A stretch of DNA of 64,000 nt from Verrucomicrobiaceae bacterium (lineage in GTDB: Bacteria > Verrucomicrobiota > Verrucomicrobiia > Verrucomicrobiales > Verrucomicrobiaceae): the NCBI GenBank assembly GCA_016713035.1, contig JADJPW010000004.1:467578-531577 (forward strand). Direction: 5' to 3'. Below, piece after piece: positions 23,993 through 31,477 of this stretch (the stretch's first letter is position 1; every line of letters starts with the position of its first letter). The position numbers were made by a program, and so were the translations under genes. Below the pieces are notes generated by a model. That model saw nothing but the letters and a program-made list of their open reading frames with translations. It searched no databases and was not told where the DNA came from.

Positions 23993-26371
23993 GTGCTGCG
24001 TATGTGTGCCAGCGTGGGCCGATTCAATGCCTGGGCGCGGCTCAATCCGCTCTTGCTCGCCGCATTTGCCGCAGCAGGGGGCCTGCTCATCGCGGAGTAT
24101 GGTGCCATCGACTCCCCCAGTGCCTGTGGCGCGGCGCTGGGGCTCAGTGCGCTGGCTTTGATGTGGCGGCGTGTGTGGCTGGCGCTGGTGGCATGCATCG
24201 GTGTCTTTGCCGCACTGCATGCCCTGCATCTGGAGGCGACTTTTCGTCATCCGCTGCGTGCCATGCTGCTATCTCAGGCAGAGAGCCGCGCAGTGGTGAC
24301 GGTGCGTGGTAGTCTGCGGCCTGATCACGAATCCCGCGTGCTGCCGAATCGGGCGAATGCGGCCATCCATTTTCACAGCGTGGTGTTCGCGGATGGTAGG
24401 AGCATTCAGCAAACGGGTGAGTTGCTAGTGAGGCTGCCACGTGGGGTGAGCTTCCCCGGTGCAGGGCAGTATGAGCTGCGGGGTGTGCTGCACGTGCCGC
24501 GTGTGCGGATGAATCCGGGCGGCTTTGACTCCGAGACGCACTCTTTGCGGCGTGGATTCGTGGGCCGCATCGACGCGGAGGCGGTGCGTGTGCTCCCTGG
24601 CCGTGGTGAGCCGCTGCGCTGTGCTTTGCTGGATGCGGCAGAGGCCTCACGGAGCTGGATCGCAGAGCGACTAACGCGTGGCATCGCGCAGGATGCGGCC
24701 ACGGCAGGTGTGATCCGTGCGATGGCGCTGGGCGTGGCCGAGGAGGCGCAGGAGGAGGTGGAGGAGGCTTTTCGAGATAGTGGTACGCTGCATGTTTTCG
24801 CCGTCAGTGGACTACACGTCGGTCTGCTAGGCATCATCATCGGCCAGATGCTACGGATGCTGCGCCAGCGCCGCTCGCGGGTGGTGGTGGCGATGATCAC
24901 GACGGTCTTTGTCTATGCCTTCATCACGGGCTGGCGCCCTTCGGCGGCACGCTCGGCGTGGATGATCGCGGTGATGCTGCTCTCCACGCTGGCGGATCGC
25001 CGCTCCTCGCTCCAGAACTCCCTGGGCCTGGCCGCGCTGCTGGTGCTGGTGGCGGATAGTCATCAGCTTTTCTTAGCAGGCTTTCAGCTGAGTTTCGGTG
25101 TGCTGTGGGGCATCTCGATGTGGTCGGACTCGCTCTCCGAAAAACTGCGCCCATGGATGGAGCTCGATCCTTTTCTACCTGATCGACACGCGAGCTGGTG
25201 GCAGCTCCGCATGCGTGATGCACGGCGCTGGATCGGTGGGAATCTGGGCGTGTCAGTGGCGGCATGGTTGGGCAGTGTTCCTTTCATTTGGCTGCATTTT
25301 CAGAGCATCACGCCCGTGGCCGTGGTGGCAAATCTGGTGCTGGTGCCGCTCTCCACGCTATCACTGGCAGTGACATGCATGGGCATGATCAGCGCGGCGC
25401 TGCATCTCAGCGGCCTGCTTTCCACGATCAATTGTGCGAACTGGGCCCTAGCTCGTGCGATGATCTACTGCGCGGCGTGGTTCGCGGCGCTGCCTGGGGC
25501 GAATCTCCACGTCAGCTCCACTCCGCGCTCAGCAGAGGTTTTTGCGACGTGGCATGTGCTGGATATGCCGGATTGCGGTGCCGCAAACCACCTGCGTGTG
25601 GATGGGCGTGACTGGCTGCTCGATACAGGTCATACGCAGGATTACCGTGCTCAACTGAAGCCTGCGCTGCGCCACGCAGGCGTGAATCACCTGGAGGGCA
25701 TCTTCCTCAGTCACAATGATCGTGACCACGTCGGCGCGGTGGATGCGGTAGCGCCAGATTTTGGCCATCCACCACTCTATCTCAGTGCGGTGGAACAAGA
25801 GATGGCCGCCCCGGCAAACTCGGTGCTGCACAGCCTGCAAAGCGGCTCGCTCACCCCCTTGCTCAAGGCTCTACCCACCGATGCAGGCCTCTGCCCAGGT
25901 GCGGATGAAAAAAACACGCGTCTCATCTGCCTGCATCCCGGCACCCATGCACGCACCGGACGTGGCGATGATCGCGCCATGGTGCTGCGGGCAGATCTAC
26001 ACGGCTGGCGGCTGCTGTGGACGAGCGATGCGGGCTGGAACACCGAGCAGGCTCTGCTGGAGTCCGGCGCAGACATCCGCTGCGACGTCCTCATCCAGAG
26101 CCACTGCGAGAGCGATGAAGCAGGCTCCCCGGAGTTCCTCCAAAAAGCGGCTCCGAGGGTGGTCATCCACGCTGCAGAGCCTGGTCGTCTGTTGCTGAAA
26201 ATGCCCGCGAGGCTGGAGTCCTGGTGCACCGAGCAGCGGGTGCCTTTGCTCAATCCATCTGCCACCGGCGGCATCAGGATCGAGCTGCAAGCAGATGAAA
26301 TGCGCGTCCAACCCCTGCGCGGTGCCGCCGAGCTCGCCCTTCGACGAAAACAGGCCGTAGCAGTTGAATAA
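23993..26371 (+). CDS. comEC: ComEC/Rec2 DNA uptake channel with beta-lactamase-fold domain
   Basis: HVFAVSGLHVG, PSAARS, GFQLSF, LLDTG and LSHNDRDH; start uncertain. Confidence 0.92.
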   Translation: MLRMCASVGRFNAWARLNPLLLAAFAAAGGLLIAEYGAIDSPSACGAALGLSALALMWRRVWLALVACIGVFAALHALHLEATFRHPLRAMLLSQAESRAVVTVRGSLRPDHESRVLPNRANAAIHFHSVVFADGRSIQQTGELLVRLPRGVSFPGAGQYELRGVLHVPRVRMNPGGFDSETHSLRRGFVGRIDAEAVRVLPGRGEPLRCALLDAAEASRSWIAERLTRGIAQDAATAGVIRAMALGVAEEAQEEVEEAFRDSGTLHVFAVSGLHVGLLGIIIGQMLRMLRQRRSRVVVAMITTVFVYAFITGWRPSAARSAWMIAVMLLSTLADRRSSLQNSLGLAALLVLVADSHQLFLAGFQLSFGVLWGISMWSDSLSEKLRPWMELDPFLPDRHASWWQLRMRDARRWIGGNLGVSVAAWLGSVPFIWLHFQSITPVAVVANLVLVPLSTLSLAVTCMGMISAALHLSGLLSTINCANWALARAMIYCAAWFAALPGANLHVSSTPRSAEVFATWHVLDMPDCGAANHLRVDGRDWLLDTGHTQDYRAQLKPALRHAGVNHLEGIFLSHNDRDHVGAVDAVAPDFGHPPLYLSAVEQEMAAPANSVLHSLQSGSLTPLLKALPTDAGLCPGADEKNTRLICLHPGTHARTGRGDDRAMVLRADLHGWRLLWTSDAGWNTEQALLESGADIRCDVLIQSHCESDEAGSPEFLQKAAPRVVIHAAEPGRLLLKMPARLESWCTEQRVPLLNPSATGGIRIELQADEMRVQPLRGAAELALRRKQAVAVE

Positions 26372-26413
26372 CGGCACGATCCAGCTTTCCCTGGGCGTTC
26401 TCAGATCACCGCC

Positions 26414-27328
26414 ATGTCCACACGCCGTCACTTCATCACCACCAGTCTCAGCGCCCTCGCTGCCTCCTCTGCATCCGCTATCGAGCCCATCGTCCGCCCC
26501 GGCAAAAGCCGCATGCAGCTCGGCGTGGCCGCATACAGCTTCCGCGAGTACTTCCAATGGATGCGTGACAAGGAACAAAAGCCCAAAAGCGACCGCAAGC
26601 CCTGGAGCATCCTGGACTTCATCGACTGGTGCGGTGACAACAACGTGGCTGGAGCCGAGGTGACGAGCTATTTCTTCCCACCCGATGTGGATGAGGCCTT
26701 TTTGCTCGAAGTGAAGCGCCGCGCTTACCTGCGCGGTGTGCAGCTCACTGGCACTGCCGTGGGCAATAACTTCGCTTTGCCAAAAGGTGACAAACTCAGC
26801 GAACAGATCGCCTACACGAAAAAATGGATCGACTACGCCGCCATCATGGGTGCGCCGCACATCCGCGTCTTTGCCGGTGCCAAGGAAAAAAGCCTCAGTG
26901 AAGAAGAGGCGGTGGCGAACTGCCTCGCCTCCTACCAAGAGTGCCTCGACTACGCAGGTAAAAAAGGCGTCTTCCTTGGCCTAGAGAACCACGGCGGCAT
27001 CGTCGCACTGCCGGATAACCTGATCAAAATGGTGCGTGCCGCGAAAAGCCCTTGGGCAGGCATCAACCTCGATAGCGGCAATTTCCACACAGCGGACCCT
27101 TATGCAGATCTGGCCAAAATCGCCCCGTACTCGGTCAACGTGCAGCTCAAGATGGAAATCAAGCGTGAGGGAGCAAAGGAAGGCGAGCCCAGTGATGTGA
27201 AGCGTGTGATCCAGATCATGCGCGATGCGAATTACCAAGGCTGGTTCACCCTGGAGTTTGAGACAAAAGAAGACCCATTTGTCCGAGTGCCAGAGATTTG
27301 CGACATGCTCAGGCCGCTGCTGGCATAG
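26414..27328 (+). CDS. Tat-exported sugar phosphate isomerase/epimerase (AP_endonuc_2 TIM barrel)
   Basis: TRRHFI Tat motif, LGLENHG, INLDSGNF and LEFE. Confidence 0.85.
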   Translation: MSTRRHFITTSLSALAASSASAIEPIVRPGKSRMQLGVAAYSFREYFQWMRDKEQKPKSDRKPWSILDFIDWCGDNNVAGAEVTSYFFPPDVDEAFLLEVKRRAYLRGVQLTGTAVGNNFALPKGDKLSEQIAYTKKWIDYAAIMGAPHIRVFAGAKEKSLSEEEAVANCLASYQECLDYAGKKGVFLGLENHGGIVALPDNLIKMVRAAKSPWAGINLDSGNFHTADPYADLAKIAPYSVNVQLKMEIKREGAKEGEPSDVKRVIQIMRDANYQGWFTLEFETKEDPFVRVPEICDMLRPLLA

Positions 27329-27362
27329 CGCAAATACCCGCCCATCCGCTAGATCCCTCCAC

Positions 27363-28622
27363 ATGCACATCCACCTCTTACCACTAGGCAGCGCGGGAGA
27401 TGTCTTTCCCCTGATGTGGCTGGGCCGCCTCCTGAAAGCCCGTGGTCATGAGGTGACGATGATCACGTCCTGTCTATTTGAGAAACACATCCTGGATCAG
27501 GGGCTGAAATGCGTGCCCCTGGGCCGTGCTGAGGATTTTGAGGCCTTGCTCCAAGATCCACGCATCTGGCAGCTTTTGCAGGGCCCGAAAGCCTTGTTCG
27601 AGGAGGCTATCAAGCTGGCAGAAACCTATTTATCCGCCGTGGAGAGTCATCCACCCGTGGATTTGATCCTAGCGCCCGTGACAGCCATCGCAGGACGGCT
27701 CGCACGGGAGAAGCTGGGCGTGCCGCTGATCACCATGCACATGCAGCCAGCACCTGTGATGAGTGCGTATGAGCCGCCGCTACTGCATCCGGCCTTTAAG
27801 AGCTTCCGCACACGCCCCCTGTGGTTCAAAAAGCTCATTCTATCTCTGCCGAACCCAGTCGATTTCATCGTGATGCCGAAATTGCGTGCCTTGTGCAAAC
27901 AAAACGGCGTGGCCCCTCCTCGCAGCTTTTTTCGGGATTGGTGGGACTCGCCCGATGGCACGCTGATGCTTTTCCCCGACTGGTTCGCAGCTCCACAGCC
28001 AGACTGGCCGCGAGAGATGCTCCAGTGGACATTCCCGCTAGAGGACCTAGGCGGTGGGAAAGCACTCTCGCCAGAGCTTGCCGCCTTTCTAGACGCTGGA
28101 GAGCCGCCCGTGCTCTTTACCGCAGGCAGTGCGAACAAGCAGGCCGCCCGCTTTTTCCAAACAGCCGTGGAAAGCATGCGCAGACTCGGCAGGCGTGCGA
28201 TGCTACTGACTCGCTACCCGTCCCAGGTGCCTGCGGATCTGCCGCCGGGCTGCATCGTGGTGGAGTATGCACCTTTTAGCCACCTGCTACCGCGTGCCGC
28301 AGCTCTGGTCCATCATGGCGGCATCGGCACGCTCTCACAGGCCTTTGCCGCAGGTGTGCCCCAGCTCATCATGCCCATGGCACATGATCAGCCAGACAAT
28401 GCAGACCGCATCGAGCGCATGGGAGCAGGCCTGAGCATCCAGCCAGACCACTTTGAGCCCGAGCGTGTCACGGCAGCACTACGCCGCTTGCTCACCGAGC
28501 CCTCTTTCCGAGAGACCTCGCAGAAGTACGCCGGGCTACTCGCCGTGAAACCAGATACCGACGTGCTACTGCGCTGGGTCGAATCACATGCGAAACACCC
28601 AGTGACTCGCGCCACACCCTAG
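27363..28622 (+). CDS. GT1 glycosyltransferase (RhlB/UGT-like)
   Basis: GSAGDVFP and VHHGGIGT...AGVPQLIMPMAHDQPDNA signature. Confidence 0.9.
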   Translation: MHIHLLPLGSAGDVFPLMWLGRLLKARGHEVTMITSCLFEKHILDQGLKCVPLGRAEDFEALLQDPRIWQLLQGPKALFEEAIKLAETYLSAVESHPPVDLILAPVTAIAGRLAREKLGVPLITMHMQPAPVMSAYEPPLLHPAFKSFRTRPLWFKKLILSLPNPVDFIVMPKLRALCKQNGVAPPRSFFRDWWDSPDGTLMLFPDWFAAPQPDWPREMLQWTFPLEDLGGGKALSPELAAFLDAGEPPVLFTAGSANKQAARFFQTAVESMRRLGRRAMLLTRYPSQVPADLPPGCIVVEYAPFSHLLPRAAALVHHGGIGTLSQAFAAGVPQLIMPMAHDQPDNADRIERMGAGLSIQPDHFEPERVTAALRRLLTEPSFRETSQKYAGLLAVKPDTDVLLRWVESHAKHPVTRATP

Positions 28623-28667
28623 GTGCTGCCATGACCAAGCCACAGCCACCCAGCCTGTCCCCGACCG

Positions 28668-28889
28668 ATGCGTAAAACCAAAAACGACCAAGGCAAGACC
28701 GACTACATCGCGGACCCCGCCTCCACCGAGGTCCTCTGTGCCCGCTTCTACGATCTGAAGACCGCCAAGCCCATCTTCGCCGGTGCCGACGACGGCATCG
28801 TGTACTCAACCTTCCAAGAAATGGCCGCCAAAAACAAAGTCGCCTACGACTTCTTCAGCACCCGCCCCGCCGAACTCCGCGACATCAAG
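28668..28889 (+). pseudogene. Possible C-terminal remnant of a PL10 (PelA/Pel-15E) pectate lyase
   Basis: ARFYDLKTAKPIFAGADDGIVY resembles the PL10 C-terminal W-ARFY..T..PIF..RDG motif; host-like codon bias but no N-terminal domain or signal. Confidence 0.45.
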
Positions 28890-29424
28890 TATGATCAAAC
28901 CGCTGCTAATCATAACATCTCTGACATTGCTTGCTGCATGCACAAGCCAAGTAAACTTGCCTTATGTTGCACAAATCGATGAACTGGATGCTCCAAAGGT
29001 GCGTTGGTCCCCAAAAGACTCCGTTCACACTTACGCATCACTGACGCTTATCGATTCAAAGTCTGCCAAAGAGCTCGCTCGTGTTCGCAGTGTATTCGAT
29101 GAGGATTGGGTTGCATCTATGGGCCGTCCGGAAGGCGATTCAATCAGCACGTTTCGCAGCCCAACGAATACCACGATCGTCGTTCACGAATGTGCCTCCG
29201 AATCTTCACCAAACGAGCACTTGGCGATTTTCACCAAAGACAGCAGTTCCGGCACATGGACTGTCCAATCGACATTTCCACCTCACAAACCCGACTTTCT
29301 ATACGGACACTATGGAGTAACGCGTGGAGTAGACGATAACCACCTATACTACCAGTTTCCAGACGGTATACTTAGACGCATAGAACTAACATCACTTCCG
29401 CCTAGAGACATGACACTACCATGA
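28890..29424 (+). CDS. Lipoprotein of unknown function, AT-richer than the host
   Basis: MIKPLLIITSLTLLAAC lipobox; atypical codon usage. Confidence 0.7.
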
Positions 29425-30593
29425 CCTACAAACAGGTCGTTTGGCCTCTCCTCTTTTCTTCATTCGTCATTTTGATTTCGTCATTGGCGGCGCAGCCGCC
29501 GAACATGCTCCTCGGCACGCAGGCCATCGGCGCGCGGTATCAGTTCACGAAAGACGAGCCCTTGCTAGAGAGTGCGAAGCTGATCGCGGAGCTGGGGTCG
29601 GGCATCATGAAGTTCTCGATCTCGAAGCAGGCCTCGTTTGGCAAGATGAAGGCGAATGTGCTCAACAATGATCTGGGGCTGAAAACCCTCGCGGAGATTG
29701 CCGCGAAGGACCCGACGCATCGCGCGGTGCTCGACATGCCGTTCACGCACGTTTTCATCTGGGCCTATCCCTTCACCACGCATGGCAGCGCGGGCGCGTT
29801 CAAGCCTGAGGAACGCGATTTGGAGGAACGCGAGATGTTTGACCTCACCGCGCACCTGCTGCGCACTTACAGTGGCAGCGGCAAAAAATTCTACCTCGGT
29901 CACTGGGAGGGCGATTGGCACCTGCGACCGCACTTTGACCCTAAACAGCCCTTCCCCGAGCACTTTGGCGACAATTTCATCGCCTGGCTCAAGGTCCGCC
30001 AGCAGGCCATCGACGACGCAAAGCGCGACACGCCGCATCAAAACGTCGAAGTCTGGCACTACACCGAGGCAAACCTCGTCGAGCCCTTCCTCAAAGGCGG
30101 CCAATGCCTCACCAACGACATCCTCCCGCAGGTAGATGTCGATTTCGTCAGCTACTCCTGCTACGACAGCTTGCAGCGCGGCATCCGCGACGATCTCCAC
30201 GCCTCGCTCAACCACATCGAGTCGAAGCTGAAGCCCAAGCCAGGCATTCCCGGCAAACGCGTCTTCATCGGCGAATACGGCTTCCCCGCGCGTCGCTACT
30301 CGCCGGAGGTGCAAAACAAAAAGAGCATCGAGACCATGATCGCCGCGCTCGAATGGGGCTGCCCCTTCGTGCTCTACTGGGAACTCTACGACAACGAAGG
30401 CACCCCCGATAAACCGGGCGGTTTCTGGCTCATCAACGAAAAGAACGAAAAGCAGCCCCTCTGGCACACGCATCAGCGCTACTTCACGTGGGCGAGGAAA
30501 CACATCGCGGACTTCCAGCAACGCACCGGGAAGCTTCCGACCGAGGCGGAATTCCGCGCAGCGGCGTTGGAGTATCTGCGAGGGCTAAAGTAG
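29421..30593 (+). CDS. Secreted glycoside-hydrolase-like TIM-barrel protein
   Basis: Signal peptide; GHWEGDW, VFIGEYGF and YWELYDNE motifs resembling clan GH-A catalytic strands. Confidence 0.55.
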   Translation: MTYKQVVWPLLFSSFVILISSLAAQPPNMLLGTQAIGARYQFTKDEPLLESAKLIAELGSGIMKFSISKQASFGKMKANVLNNDLGLKTLAEIAAKDPTHRAVLDMPFTHVFIWAYPFTTHGSAGAFKPEERDLEEREMFDLTAHLLRTYSGSGKKFYLGHWEGDWHLRPHFDPKQPFPEHFGDNFIAWLKVRQQAIDDAKRDTPHQNVEVWHYTEANLVEPFLKGGQCLTNDILPQVDVDFVSYSCYDSLQRGIRDDLHASLNHIESKLKPKPGIPGKRVFIGEYGFPARRYSPEVQNKKSIETMIAALEWGCPFVLYWELYDNEGTPDKPGGFWLINEKNEKQPLWHTHQRYFTWARKHIADFQQRTGKLPTEAEFRAAALEYLRGLK

Positions 30594-30646
30594 CCTTGTT
30601 GCTGCGCAACAAGGGCAAACCCTGTTCCGCAGGAACAGGGCTACTT
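30587..30646. repeat. REP doublet (REPIN/BIME-like), copy 1
   Basis: GTAG+CCTTGTTGC-TGC-GCAACAAGG on + and GTAG+CCCTGTTCC-TGC-GGAACAGGG on -; 58/60 identical to copy 2. Confidence 0.9.
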
Positions 30647-31378
30647 GACCGAAAGTGCGCCCCAGCCATCAAACTCCAAACCTAAACTTTCTGCTTGATG
30701 CATTAAATAGACCGACTCCGGCCCGATTAATTGCATGTCTAGCGGCATAGTTTTTGACATCAGCAGCCTCTCTTCAGACGAAGACAGTTCCATCATTTGA
30801 TAACCTCGCCCCGACAAAACCTGTGCCAGGGTTCTCAAAGGCTGCTCGCTGCCTCTGAAACAGTATTCAATCACATGAAGTTTTTCTGGATCGCTACCAC
30901 TCTCCATCAATGACGCCACGACGCGTTTGTCCGTAATCCATTGCCATGATTCGGGCGAGGGCCAAACCGAATCGAAGAAAAAATCCCAACCTTCATGTTC
31001 TGAGATATCCATGCCTTCGTAAGCGTCGATTTCTCTCAGCCAAAGTCCTACATAAGGCCGAAACTGGTCCCAATCGCCCACTTGAAACACCAGCTCGCGT
31101 TTTCCAGAGTGGGTGAGCCGTCCGACCATGAGGCAATCAGCCTCATTTTCTGTCAAGAGAGCCGCCAGATCATCCTCCATCGCCCAAAGCACATCCGCCT
31201 CCTCATTGGCAGGCCCACCGTTTTCATTCGGCTTTTGGATCGGAATAATGATCCTGGCACAATGAGGGAAACGACTTTGCTCGATCTTATCGGCCTCAGT
31301 GTAAAAAGTGGAAATCACCGGTCCATTGTCGGTGCGATAAAGGTAGCTTTCCCAGTTCTGTTCAGGCACAACGCTCAT
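30641..31378 (-). CDS. DUF695 family protein with RraB-like C-terminal domain; lower GC
   Basis: MEDDL...VGRLTHSGKRELVFQV...W.FFFDSVWP pattern; GAAGGT RBS before ATG 31378. Confidence 0.7.
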   Translation of the reverse strand: MSVVPEQNWESYLYRTDNGPVISTFYTEADKIEQSRFPHCARIIIPIQKPNENGGPANEEADVLWAMEDDLAALLTENEADCLMVGRLTHSGKRELVFQVGDWDQFRPYVGLWLREIDAYEGMDISEHEGWDFFFDSVWPSPESWQWITDKRVVASLMESGSDPEKLHVIEYCFRGSEQPLRTLAQVLSGRGYQMMELSSSEERLLMSKTMPLDMQLIGPESVYLMHQAESLGLEFDGWGALSVK

Positions 31379-31417
31379 ACCTTCGTCTAGCACGGCGGCC
31401 TTCGCAGTGTCGAGACC

Positions 31418-31477
31418 AAAGTAGCCTTGTTGCTGTGCAACAAGCGCAAACCCTGTTCCGCAGGAACAGGGCTACTT
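31418..31477. repeat. REP doublet (REPIN/BIME-like), copy 2
   Basis: Same architecture and orientation as 30587-30646, with two substitutions. Confidence 0.9.

Noticed and set aside
30587-31477. Integron attC sites or CRISPR repeats
   Set aside because: No RYYYAAC/GTTRRRY ends and no integrase; only two copies separated by a whole gene and no cas genes. The GTAG-hairpin doublet fits REP better.
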